Origin: a virus | Taxonomy: Duplodnaviria; Caudoviricetes | Reading direction: 5' to 3' (one strand) | IMG/VR virus record: IMGVR_UViG_3300012663_000598 | Span: 1 to 24,533 of that record | Length of the DNA: 24,533 bases | Shown here: one piece after another, positions 1-9,075 of the stretch | Layout of the letters: the number at the start of each line of letters is the position of its first letter | How positions within the stretch are numbered: position 1 is the first letter of the stretch | The notes under the pieces: model-generated | What the model saw: the letters and a program-made list of their open reading frames with translations, nothing else | What the model was told of the DNA's origin: nothing | Databases searched by the model: none | Program-made: the position numbers and the translations under genes

Positions 1-2433
1 CCCATCGACGATGCAGCTAAAGAAGAGCTTCTTGCGGCAGTAGACCCTAATAATTTTGCCGAAGCAGAAGCAGACCCGAATGACCCGCATGCTGGTATCC
101 CAGATAGCGTACGTCCCAAGGAGTACTTCCCTTTCCGTCGCTATGGTAAATACTGGCTGACGATCAAAGGCGATAACATTAAAACAGGCCGCGAGCGCCA
201 CCACTTTGAGACTGCTTTTGGGCGGAATGCCTTCCTGCGTAAGCGCGCCAAGGAATTAGGTGTAAACCCGCAAAACAGCGATATTTTTGAAAAGGGTGAT
301 ACGCTAGAGGACTTCCAGAATAACATGGTCGAGAGCAGCTTGATGCTCAGCAATATATTCTCGGTGATTGATAAGGCTGTAGTTTCCGGGAACTACGACA
401 CCACTAAGTACGCTAGCCCTGCCGAAGCAATGGAAGCCATGAAACAAGAGCTTAGGGATAAGCTCTACCAGACGTACCTCATGACGTTGCCGGAGCGTAG
501 CCTTCGTAGGCAGTTTATCCATGCCGAGCGCGTGACAGGTTTCAGCGGTGATGTGCTACGTAATTTTAAGTCTAGCTCTGCACAATATTCGGTACAAATT
601 CCGAAGCTGCAATATGGGTCTGACGTTAACAATGTAATCAGCGAAGGCTATGATGCCCTTGACGGGATGTCTGTGGATGAAAAATCCGCAGCAAAGACGT
701 ACGTCAATGAAATTGTGCGGCGTCTACGTGGAGCTATTAACCCTGACGAACCAAATGCATTCGTGGCGGGAATTAGCCGGTTCGCTTTCTACGAAGTCAT
801 GTCTAGTGTTGCGTCCGCTACGTCGCAGATGTTGTCTATCCCGATCTCGGTTATGCCTAAGCTCAATGCAGACTACGGGTATACCGCAGCTGCCGCTGCT
901 TTCATGCGTTACTCTTTCATTCCGTACAGCTTTGGTCTTCCTGAGCGCGATGCAGACGGCATGTTCTCGCAGGTTCTGCCTTCGATAGGGACATCCATGG
1001 CGGTTAAAAATAACCCTATTCGTGCCCGTGCGTTTAAGGAGTTCACCGACCGCGATTTGTTCGACTCTTCCTCGGCTAGCTCTCTGTTCCTTAACAACGA
1101 GATGGCGCATAAGTATTCTACCTACAACATTCCGGCAGAAGTGCTTGGTCTGGCGTTTAAGGCTATGCGTGTCCCCTTCACTATGTTTGATGTGGCTTCT
1201 CGTGAGATGAGCGCCATGATGTTCTTCGATCTCGACTACGGGAAAAACCGTGAGGCCGGTATGGACACGGAGGAAGCATTTAACACCGCTATTGAGAATA
1301 CCGTTACTGGCCTAAACGAAACCATTGGTAGCCATAACTTGTTCGAGCGTCCGCGTTACATGGTCGGGCAAATTCGTCAGTTGTTCTTCCTATTCCGTAT
1401 GTACGCTGTGAACCGCACCATATTCGGTTTGCGTATGGGTATGCAAGTTATGAGGGGTGAGAATGCCACTGGCCGTACTCGCGCTGCTGCCATACACGAA
1501 CTAGGCGGTAACTTGGCGATGGTGGCTGTCCTTGGCGGTATAGCAGGTGCACCGCTATTAGATGTGGTATGTGGGGCTATTGATATGATCCTGCCGTCGC
1601 TCATGGACGACGAGGAAGAAGAAGAGTTCCGGCGTCAGCATCCATACTCATTCAACAACTCTAAGCACCGGTTCCTATACGAGTGGCTACCAGAGAATTT
1701 CGGTGAGCCTACATTGCCCGGTCTAGATGGTAAGCAGCATGCGCTAGCGGACGTTCTGCGTAACGGCATACCGTCTGAGCTTATCGGCGCTAACTTCGCA
1801 TCTCGTATTAGCTGGAACGGCATGTGGATACGCGACAGCATTCCCGGAGAAAGCTGGGGCGAGTCAATCATAAACTGGCTTGAGATTAACCTGTCTCCCG
1901 GTGCGGCTATCAGTATCGAGTTCATCAAAGCGCTTGAGGATATATACAAGGGTGACGTTATGCGCGGCCTTGAAAAGATAGTCCCCGGCACATTCCGTGG
2001 TTCTATAACTGCTGAGCGGCTGTCAACTCAGGGGGCAGAAACCCGTAAGGGTACAAAAATGTTTACGAAGGACGAAATTACAGCTTTGCAGCTTAACTTC
2101 CAGCGTATGGGTTGGGCCCCGAATGAGGTGTCAGATTGGCAGCGTGAGCGCATGGGTAACCTTGCTATGATTAACGTTGTTACTGGCGAACGTGGCGACC
2201 TTATGGCTAACCTAAACAAAGCTAAGTCTGACCCCGAGGGTTCCGACCAGACAGTTGCTGAAGTCGAAGCCGATATCAAAGAGTTCAACAGGCTGCATCC
2301 TATCCCAGAACTGCAGATTGAAGAGAAGGACATAATCCAGTCTCGTAAGCGTTATCTGCAAGGCGAACTGGATAGCTATCGTGGTATGCAGCTTTCCAAA
2401 GAACAGGCAGCTATCCTGCTACGGAATAAATAA
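1..2433 (+). CDS. C-terminal part of a large polyvalent / virion-delivered (ejection-type) protein with PLxRFG-like motif; 5'-truncated by the window edge
   Basis: Frame 1 is open from base 1 (PIDDAAKEELL...EYFPFRRYGKYWL...) into the 325..2433 ORF. YFPFRRYGKYW resembles the PLxRFG signature. The remainder looks helical, with a hydrophobic segment (LAMVAVLGGIAGAPLL) typical of large phage internal proteins. Confidence 0.65.
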   Translation, partial: PIDDAAKEELLAAVDPNNFAEAEADPNDPHAGIPDSVRPKEYFPFRRYGKYWLTIKGDNIKTGRERHHFETAFGRNAFLRKRAKELGVNPQNSDIFEKGDTLEDFQNNMVESSLMLSNIFSVIDKAVVSGNYDTTKYASPAEAMEAMKQELRDKLYQTYLMTLPERSLRRQFIHAERVTGFSGDVLRNFKSSSAQYSVQIPKLQYGSDVNNVISEGYDALDGMSVDEKSAAKTYVNEIVRRLRGAINPDEPNAFVAGISRFAFYEVMSSVASATSQMLSIPISVMPKLNADYGYTAAAAAFMRYSFIPYSFGLPERDADGMFSQVLPSIGTSMAVKNNPIRARAFKEFTDRDLFDSSSASSLFLNNEMAHKYSTYNIPAEVLGLAFKAMRVPFTMFDVASREMSAMMFFDLDYGKNREAGMDTEEAFNTAIENTVTGLNETIGSHNLFERPRYMVGQIRQLFFLFRMYAVNRTIFGLRMGMQVMRGENATGRTRAAAIHELGGNLAMVAVLGGIAGAPLLDVVCGAIDMILPSLMDDEEEEEFRRQHPYSFNNSKHRFLYEWLPENFGEPTLPGLDGKQHALADVLRNGIPSELIGANFASRISWNGMWIRDSIPGESWGESIINWLEINLSPGAAISIEFIKALEDIYKGDVMRGLEKIVPGTFRGSITAERLSTQGAETRKGTKMFTKDEITALQLNFQRMGWAPNEVSDWQRERMGNLAMINVVTGERGDLMANLNKAKSDPEGSDQTVAEVEADIKEFNRLHPIPELQIEEKDIIQSRKRYLQGELDSYRGMQLSKEQAAILLRNK

Positions 2434-2460
2434 AAACCCCCCGCCGGTTAGAGCGGGGGG
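2432..2460 (-). terminator. Rho-independent terminator for the minus-strand replication operon, at the convergence point
   Basis: 8-bp stem CCCCCCGC (2437-2444) / GCGGGGGG (2453-2460), followed on the minus strand by TTTTTATTT. Confidence 0.85.
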
Positions 2461-2495
2461 CTAAGTGTGCCTAACGGAAGGAGCAAACTTCCGGT
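2432..2495 (-). ncRNA. Putative ~60-nt small RNA: anti-RBS hairpin (loop UUUGCUC) plus terminator
   Basis: Minus strand reads CGGAAG-UUUGCUC-CUUCCG and then the terminator. AGUUUGCUCCUU is complementary to the AAGGAGCAAACU RBS motif of the phage genes. A candidate promoter lies at 2500-2527. Confidence 0.45.
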
Positions 2496-2499
2496 GGTG

Positions 2500-2527
2500 C
2501 TTATATCATAGTGACCAAATACGTAAA
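2500..2527 (-). promoter_or_regulatory. Candidate sigma70-type promoter for the putative sRNA
   Basis: Minus strand TTTACG-N16-TATAAG with a TGn extension (TGA TATAAG), pointing into the hairpin. Confidence 0.35.
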
Positions 2528-2700
2528 CCCCTAATACCGTCTTCAATCACCGCTTTTATCAACACCTTGAGCTTCAAGCGCTTGGTAACCACTAGGACTT
2601 GTGTCTTGGCGCGTCTGGGGTCTAGGCATGGGAAGAATATAGAGGTCCCCCGCTTGAACTTTTTCCAGTTAACCTCGTAGCTAACTCCCTCCAGTTTCAT
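2506..2700 (-). CDS. Small basic hypothetical protein (64 aa)
   Basis: ATG start overlaps the primase 3' end, with GGAG upstream. Last gene of the operon. Confidence 0.75.
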   Translation of the reverse strand: MKLEGVSYEVNWKKFKRGTSIFFPCLDPRRAKTQVLVVTKRLKLKVLIKAVIEDGIRGLRIWSL

Positions 2701-5536
2701 CCCTAATCTCCACAGGCAATAAGCCTTCTACGTCCATAAAACCATTAACCGACGTATCGAAGAATAGCGCTTGTACGCCGAGGGTGTTAATCCTCATGCC
2801 CTTCGACATCCGCTTAGTATCGCTCCTGAGGTACACGCCGTCGTTCTTCAGCCTACGCAGGGTTTCCTTGTAGTTAATCTGGAACTGGACGCAGTACTCC
2901 TTGAACTTTTTAGCCGCGAAGAACAGCATCTTTGTATCAGGTTCGTAGCGAATGATGAGTTCGCCCTTAGGCTCCATCTTCGGCTTAACCTCCATGTTAG
3001 AGCGGCTGTCTACTTGGTCATCTACGACGAGCGTGTTCTGGATGTGGCGGTTCACGAAGTCACCGATAACTTGGCTTGTGTCCGTCGCTGGTGGCTCAAT
3101 CTCTTGCCTCAGTGTGATAATCATGTTGCATGCCCACTGGTACACATCGTTCATGTTCCAGTCGATTAGGCCCAGCATCTTGGCGATAAAACCCGCAGTG
3201 ATGTTAGCGGCAACGCCAGCTGACCAGAAACGTTCGCGCTGCGTTAGACGTAGTTCCAAGTCAAGCCGAGACTGGATGTTCATACATGCTTCGAGAACCT
3301 CCTCCATATTATCTAACACATACGCCATGAAGATCGGTCCCGCGTGGCCGTAGTTATCCATCAGCTGCTGGTCAAACATCTGCTTGCCTTCTTCAGTGCT
3401 AATGGCATCCGTCTGGCTAATGCGGTATTCAATTAGACGCATCATCTCCCCGTCAGGGCTATCCTTGCGGATAGACAGCTTTTCATAGAACGATGCGTTT
3501 GACGTACATATTGAGATAGTCTGCCACGTAGTCTCATTGATGCGCAGTTCGTTACCCCCTGCGGTCATACGTTCTTTACCCTTACCTTGGGACATGCCGT
3601 AAACCAGCTCGGAGAAATCATCAGCGCTCATGTTGGTGATTTCGTCCACACAATATGGCAAGTTGCACATGATAGCCAACCACTGCATCTTTGCATTTAG
3701 TGTGTCTGACTTCTTGGCAATAAGCTCAGTGGGGTGCCCGTAGGCACTCATAATCATACGAGCGATAGTCGTCTTACCCGTACCGGACTCTGGGCTTACG
3801 AGGTTGATAGCAGCACCTGACTGCTTAAGAAACTTCAAGAGCGGAGCGCCAAAGGCACTAAGCGCGGCAAAGGCATGGCCTTCTAAGCCGGGACGCCCGT
3901 ACAGCGACCACACTTCTTTCCATTTATCCAAGGAACCCACCGGCCCCATATACCGTGCTAGCGGCGCTGTGACTGCTGAAGGCGGGCTATAGAGCATACC
4001 CTCCCGAGTAACTTCTTGGTCACCGATGACAAAGCGGCTGTTGTTGTCTGCCCATCCAAATTGATTACGCATAATTTCTAACTTTCCTGTGTTCTGCGTA
4101 GCGTTCACCGACAGCATCACGTAATCCATGAACATGTCGAACTTCTTAGGGTGAACAGCTACGCTGTATGTTGATATAGCTTTGCGGAGTAGGTCTTTCG
4201 AGGACACCTCGTTAAGAGGCACCGCAAAATCTTCTACCCCGTCGAGTGGTAGGTGGCGGCGGAAGACTAGGACTTCCCCCATTTTCCTGTCCTTCATACG
4301 TTTAACGATATATATATCGTTATGATATACTAGGTCAGGTTGCACTTCGTCGTTGTCACCCTTCGGTGGCTTACGCCATATGCCCCCGCCTTCCCCACGG
4401 AAGAACGGGAACGGGTACTCTGGTATATAGAATGTTTCTGACTTAGGTCCTGTGGGTGTATTTACGACCTCTTCAACTCTGTTGCTCTTGGCTTCGTTTA
4501 TCTTACGCCCAAGATACTTAGGGCCGAGGATTTCCCCCTTCCACTTACATCCTTGGCATAAGGCTGGGTTCTTCCCCTCAAACTTAGCGCAGCTTGTAGC
4601 CCCCTTGATGGTGGCTACTTTGTTTTCCAGCGTAGCCGGATCGTATTCTGGGTGCCCTTCGGACATCATATGCACCGCTTCGGGTGCATCTTCGCACATG
4701 GCAGCGACCGAGATAGCGTGGAACCAGTCGTAATAGTCTATGGTATCACGGTTCTTATATGCGTGGAGTAGCTGTGCGCACCCTTCACCCTTTTCACTGC
4801 GGCGCATAATCTTACCGAAGTTGAACTGGACGCTTTTACTCATGGCCTTACCGAGTTCGGTAGGCTCCCACTTGGGCTGCGCTGCTAGGTGCTTCACACC
4901 TAACGTCTGTATAATCCAGTCAAAATTAACGGGCTTCCCAATAACCATTACCTCAACAGGTTTTGGAGGGTTGTCTTTGAAGTTGAATGTGCCCGGTATG
5001 CGCAGTATGCGCGCCGCTTCGAACACGGCTGGGTCCACGTAAAAGTTGTGGGTGTAGCACAAGTCACGGAGGCGGAGGGCGACAGGCTCCCACTCTTCGC
5101 GGGTTACATCTCGGTCAAGCGCCCAGTATGCGTGTATACCGCGCCCTGAGTTAACAAGGGTAGGCTTAGGTAACCCTGTGAGTTCACAGAAGTCCCGTAG
5201 CGCGGCAAGACCTGTCTCTTGGTCTATGTAACCATCAGGACGGCCAGTTTTTTCGCTGACCTCGGCTTTGCTTTCACCGCAGTCGATGTCTAGCCATAGG
5301 GCACGGAGCGCCTGTACGTTGTCCTTGGTACGCCCTGCGTCTGTCTTATATTTAGCAACACCGAAGAAAACATTACGCTCTTGAGAGAGGTACAGAGCGG
5401 CTACCCTATCTGCTTCCTCACGCGTCTGAACTAGCGTCTGTCTTACATCGTCTTTGCCTTTGTTACCGAAAATCGCAAACCACCCTTCAGATGGCTGTAC
5501 TGTCGATATGAGGTCAAACTCTTCCATTGGGCACAC
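2681..5536 (-). CDS. Primase-helicase: AEP/RepB-like primase, PriCT-like domain, DUF927 and P-loop helicase
   Basis: AEP motifs LWLDID, VNSGRGIHAYW and RILRIPGTFN; Cys cluster (C..C); QFGW DUF927-like segment; Walker A SPESGTGKTT and Walker B YCVDE. The start may be the ATG at 5527. Confidence 0.88.
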   Translation of the reverse strand: MCPMEEFDLISTVQPSEGWFAIFGNKGKDDVRQTLVQTREEADRVAALYLSQERNVFFGVAKYKTDAGRTKDNVQALRALWLDIDCGESKAEVSEKTGRPDGYIDQETGLAALRDFCELTGLPKPTLVNSGRGIHAYWALDRDVTREEWEPVALRLRDLCYTHNFYVDPAVFEAARILRIPGTFNFKDNPPKPVEVMVIGKPVNFDWIIQTLGVKHLAAQPKWEPTELGKAMSKSVQFNFGKIMRRSEKGEGCAQLLHAYKNRDTIDYYDWFHAISVAAMCEDAPEAVHMMSEGHPEYDPATLENKVATIKGATSCAKFEGKNPALCQGCKWKGEILGPKYLGRKINEAKSNRVEEVVNTPTGPKSETFYIPEYPFPFFRGEGGGIWRKPPKGDNDEVQPDLVYHNDIYIVKRMKDRKMGEVLVFRRHLPLDGVEDFAVPLNEVSSKDLLRKAISTYSVAVHPKKFDMFMDYVMLSVNATQNTGKLEIMRNQFGWADNNSRFVIGDQEVTREGMLYSPPSAVTAPLARYMGPVGSLDKWKEVWSLYGRPGLEGHAFAALSAFGAPLLKFLKQSGAAINLVSPESGTGKTTIARMIMSAYGHPTELIAKKSDTLNAKMQWLAIMCNLPYCVDEITNMSADDFSELVYGMSQGKGKERMTAGGNELRINETTWQTISICTSNASFYEKLSIRKDSPDGEMMRLIEYRISQTDAISTEEGKQMFDQQLMDNYGHAGPIFMAYVLDNMEEVLEACMNIQSRLDLELRLTQRERFWSAGVAANITAGFIAKMLGLIDWNMNDVYQWACNMIITLRQEIEPPATDTSQVIGDFVNRHIQNTLVVDDQVDSRSNMEVKPKMEPKGELIIRYEPDTKMLFFAAKKFKEYCVQFQINYKETLRRLKNDGVYLRSDTKRMSKGMRINTLGVQALFFDTSVNGFMDVEGLLPVEIRDETGGS

Positions 5537-5581
5537 TCGTCACTGCAGGTTAACCTGCTTGTTGTTTGCGGGGGGTGAAAC

Positions 5582-5815
5582 TTAAGCAGGGAAGTTGGTG
5601 ATGTATTTACGGATAAGTCCGATAAACTCGCCCTGCGGGGCGTTAACCCCGCAGAACCAATTATACACAGACTGCCGTGTGGCACCTAGGTCACGTGCGG
5701 CTTTGCTCACAGAGACTCCATGCTTAATGCACGTCCTCCCTAGCTGCACACCTAGATGCCCATCGTCAGCTTCGCTATTAGCTTCAACGGTTTTGATGCT
5801 ATAGCCGTAACCCAT
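5582..5815 (-). CDS. Cro/XRE-like helix-turn-helix protein
   Basis: VSVSKAARDLGATRQSVYNWFCG is a typical HTH pattern; TAATG coupling to the upstream gene. Confidence 0.8.
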   Translation of the reverse strand: MGYGYSIKTVEANSEADDGHLGVQLGRTCIKHGVSVSKAARDLGATRQSVYNWFCGVNAPQGEFIGLIRKYITNFPA

Positions 5816-6735
5816 TAGTCATCCTCATCACTACCCCAGTTGCTAATAACAGCAGCTAGGTTGGCTTTAGGTTCTGAGTTAGCGTCACTCTTAACAGCAG
5901 GGCGCTTCGTAGGCTCCGCTATAACGGCAGGAGCTTCTTCGTCCGGCTCATCCGACCGAGCAATTTGAGGTGCAGGTGCTGCTGTCTGCTTCTTAACACC
6001 ATCCTGCGCAGCTACGGTCAGTTCGCACATACGTTTTGTACCTGCGTCAGCTTGTGCAAGTTTTACGAGTTCCCGCTCTGCGTCACTGATGCCGCGCACA
6101 GGAGTAAAGAGAAGCTCCATGCTATCGGCGTTAAGGTCGTAGCTGATGTTGGTCACTACCGCATCTGGCGACTCGTGGTTAGCGAGCAGGTAGCGCACAT
6201 AGCTTTCAAACGGATGCACATTACCGACGCCCTTACCGAACAATGACTTGGCAGGAACATTGAACTGATACACTTCCCCTGTGGAGTCGGTAGGTAGGAT
6301 GACCGCAACACGGCGCTGATAGCGGCATGCGCGACCCTTACCGTTACTGCCTGAGCCGACCACATTCTTAGGGCAACTTACGCAGTTTACTCCCTGCTTG
6401 TTACCCGCAGCGGCTTCCGGAATGTCACCGTTGTTCGACCAGCAATCTGGTAGAGTTGGCTTAGCGTTAGGATCGTAAGCACCGGCATAAAACACACGGC
6501 TAACCTTAGGTAGCGCATGAACGATGATGACATCAATGTCGCCACGAACTGCGTCGCCAATCTGCTCACCGTTTACAAGGCGCTTAAACGTCCCGTTGGT
6601 GTTGGTCTGGATACGGCGGCTAGTACCACCGCTTGTAGCCCCTGCCAAAGTTTTGGCGAGTTCACTGAGTTGACCACGGTTAGCCGAAGTTGAGATTGCA
6701 CCGGGCTGCTTAAAGATAGAAATTTCATTGGACAT
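5815..6735 (-). CDS. Putative single-stranded DNA-binding protein (Zn-binding phage type)
   Basis: PDCWS...CVSCP...GKGRAC Cys motif; low-complexity Pro/Ala linker; acidic C-terminal tail (WGSDEDD); position in the replication module. Confidence 0.6.
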   Translation of the reverse strand: MSNEISIFKQPGAISTSANRGQLSELAKTLAGATSGGTSRRIQTNTNGTFKRLVNGEQIGDAVRGDIDVIIVHALPKVSRVFYAGAYDPNAKPTLPDCWSNNGDIPEAAAGNKQGVNCVSCPKNVVGSGSNGKGRACRYQRRVAVILPTDSTGEVYQFNVPAKSLFGKGVGNVHPFESYVRYLLANHESPDAVVTNISYDLNADSMELLFTPVRGISDAERELVKLAQADAGTKRMCELTVAAQDGVKKQTAAPAPQIARSDEPDEEAPAVIAEPTKRPAVKSDANSEPKANLAAVISNWGSDEDD

Positions 6736-6748
6736 GGGTATATCCCCC

Positions 6749-7153
6749 TTATTTAGATGTAGGTTTACGGACTTGTACTACGTACTTGTTATCGGCTTGT
6801 AGGCCAACAGGAAGAACCTCTGGGTTGTCGGCCAAGAATTGCTTCAAGTTACCATTATGGATGCGTTGTTCTAACAGGAAGGGTGCATCGTGGTCCCTAA
6901 TGAACTGATACATCGCATCCCAGTCGCTCGTCCAGTACCGAGTGTTAACCCGACGAGAGACCGTTCCTGCGTTGGTGCGTAAGCTATCTACATCTAGCGT
7001 ATTGCAGATGTCGAGTAAGCCTCCGGCAACAAGGTCTAATTGTTCTTTGAGGGAGGTAAGTTCATCCTTATACTCCTCTTCTTTGTCACGGATAGCATCT
7101 CGGATTTTCCGGTATGCGATCACCATTTCTTCTACGGACTGCTCTTTATCCAT
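6749..7153 (-). CDS. Conserved phage protein with an N-terminal coiled coil (replication module), 134 aa
   Basis: ATG at 7153 is preceded by the GAAGGAGCAAA RBS, so the start is reassigned from 7183. Coiled coil followed by DWDAMYQFI...LLEQRI. Confidence 0.7.
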   Translation of the reverse strand: MDKEQSVEEMVIAYRKIRDAIRDKEEEYKDELTSLKEQLDLVAGGLLDICNTLDVDSLRTNAGTVSRRVNTRYWTSDWDAMYQFIRDHDAPFLLEQRIHNGNLKQFLADNPEVLPVGLQADNKYVVQVRKPTSK

Positions 7154-7195
7154 TATTTGCTCCTTCGTGTTTGGGGTAGGCATACCCCGAGCCCC

Positions 7196-7223
7196 TACAT
7201 ATACTACCCTTTGACATTGTCAA
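7196..7223 (-). promoter_or_regulatory. Sigma70-type promoter whose -35 lies in a perfect palindrome TTGACAATGTCAA
   Basis: Minus strand TTGACA-N16-TATGTA; palindrome at 7211-7223; leader hairpin GGGGTA/TACCCC at 7173-7188. Confidence 0.55.
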
Positions 7224-8770
7224 GCAGTATAGCTTACCATTTCTCGGTATAGGTCGATAATTTTTTCATGGTTCTCGATGTTGCCACGGAGCATGCCATA
7301 CAGCCGCTCCTCCACCGGACTACCCTTGATGTGCACAATGGTCATAGCGTTCTTCTGGCCGGGACGATTGATACGGGCATTTGCCTGTAGATATGTTTCC
7401 ACACTGGTCACTGGTGCATACCAGATGATAGTATCTGCCGCCGTAAGGGTAAGTCCGTGAGATGCAGCTTGTGGCTGTATGAGCAGCACGTGCGGGTCTT
7501 TCCGCGACTGGAAGTCTTCGACAATCTCACTGCGTTTATTCATTGACACTTTGCCGTTGATGACCGCGCAACTAATCTTGTGTTTGGTAAGGTGGGCATA
7601 CAGCAGTTCTATGGTGTGCGTGAACGGTATGAAGACCAGTACCTTACTAGTAGCCTCTTCAATAACTTCCGTGACCACGTTCAGGCGGTTCGATACGTCG
7701 AACTCAATGACTTCCTTTTTGTCCGTATAGACCGCACCCCCACTGATTTGCAGTAGTTTGTTTATCTTAGTCGCTGCGTTGACCGCGCTGACTTCTTCCC
7801 CTGCCGCTTCAATCAGCATCTCGTCCTTAAGCTCGTTGTAGTACTTGCGCTGCTGTGGAGTGAGAGGTGCTTCGCGTTCAGTGTATGTCACTTCTGGTAG
7901 GTCGAGGCAGTCTTTCTTTTCGAACCTTATAGCAGGTTGTAGTACGCGATGGACGATACGGTCAGAGCCGGGTCGAGGTGACCACTTGAATTGAGTTACC
8001 TTCATCATAACTGAGTCGCGGAACTGGCCGAAGTATTTAGGGCAACCATCAGGGTTTACGAGCTTCGCCAAACCAAACGCATCGACAGGGCTTTGTGCTG
8101 CTGGCGTACCAGTAAGCATCCATAGAGCCGCGTCTGTCTTTTGTAAGATTTGTGCTAGCACTTTCCAGCGGTTTGTCTGCGGGTTCTTATAGGCGTTTGC
8201 CTCGTCCACCACGATAAGATCGAAACCACCAGCTATAATCTCGTCCTTAACGACAGCTACCCCGTCGAAGTTTATGATGACGAACTCAGCGCCAGCGGCG
8301 ATAATCTTTTTGCGTTGCTTGGCATCACCATGGGCGACGGAGCAAGACCGGTGCATAGCGAAGGTGAACAAGTCACGTTGCCATGCCGACTTCATAATCG
8401 AGAGGGGCCCAAGCACGAGGACGCGCTTAATCTTACCTAGGTTTAGTAGGTAGTCAGCGGCCCAGATAACGCTTGCCGTCTTACCCGTACCTTGTTCGTT
8501 AAAACAGAAGGCGCGTTTGTGCAGGGTAAAAAATGATGCGGTTGTCTCTTGGTGGGCAAACGGTTTGAACTTACCAGTCCACGTATAGTCGCGCTTAATA
8601 GGCGACGGGACATCGGTAAAACCAAGGGACGCTAGTGTCTGGGCTTCTTTTAAGCCCCACTTGACGGCCACTTCGCCTGTTTCGATGATTACGCTTTTAG
8701 GTATGCTCTTAGTTATTAGGCTTGGGTCGTCAGTCGTTAGGACTAACGCACGATTATCAACGATTTGCAT
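7220..8770 (-). CDS. SNF2-like superfamily 2 helicase
   Basis: Walker A NEQGTGKT, DEAN box, LTGTP motif III, C-terminal HGLTLT and QANARINRPGQ motifs. Confidence 0.92.
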   Translation of the reverse strand: MQIVDNRALVLTTDDPSLITKSIPKSVIIETGEVAVKWGLKEAQTLASLGFTDVPSPIKRDYTWTGKFKPFAHQETTASFFTLHKRAFCFNEQGTGKTASVIWAADYLLNLGKIKRVLVLGPLSIMKSAWQRDLFTFAMHRSCSVAHGDAKQRKKIIAAGAEFVIINFDGVAVVKDEIIAGGFDLIVVDEANAYKNPQTNRWKVLAQILQKTDAALWMLTGTPAAQSPVDAFGLAKLVNPDGCPKYFGQFRDSVMMKVTQFKWSPRPGSDRIVHRVLQPAIRFEKKDCLDLPEVTYTEREAPLTPQQRKYYNELKDEMLIEAAGEEVSAVNAATKINKLLQISGGAVYTDKKEVIEFDVSNRLNVVTEVIEEATSKVLVFIPFTHTIELLYAHLTKHKISCAVINGKVSMNKRSEIVEDFQSRKDPHVLLIQPQAASHGLTLTAADTIIWYAPVTSVETYLQANARINRPGQKNAMTIVHIKGSPVEERLYGMLRGNIENHEKIIDLYREMVSYTA

Positions 8771-8793
8771 GGGTGTATTTCCACCTTAAGGAG

Positions 8794-9075
8794 TTACTTT
8801 TTCTTACGTTCTCGCGTACTGGTTTCAGACACTAGGTTCTTCTTGCTATCGCGCTTAAACGAGCGGTTAGCAGATTTGCTAACTAGCCGCAGACCATCCT
8901 TATTGTTGCCGCCCTTATCTAGGGCCACAACGTGGGCGACGTCTTTCCCGTCACCCTTCTTGGCTTTGCCCGCTTTCATCATCTTGGCACGGGCTGCATT
9001 GCGCGAAGCACGGTTCTTCTTCTGCTGCTCGGTACCTTGGTACTTATCGTATTCGCGCTTGTAATCCCGTGCCAT
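8794..9075 (-). CDS. Small HNH-type endonuclease (93 aa)
   Basis: GDGKDVAHVVALDKGGNN...NRS HNH-like motif. The ATG at 9075 overlaps the upstream stop (TAATG). Confidence 0.7.
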   Translation of the reverse strand: MARDYKREYDKYQGTEQQKKNRASRNAARAKMMKAGKAKKGDGKDVAHVVALDKGGNNKDGLRLVSKSANRSFKRDSKKNLVSETSTRERKKK

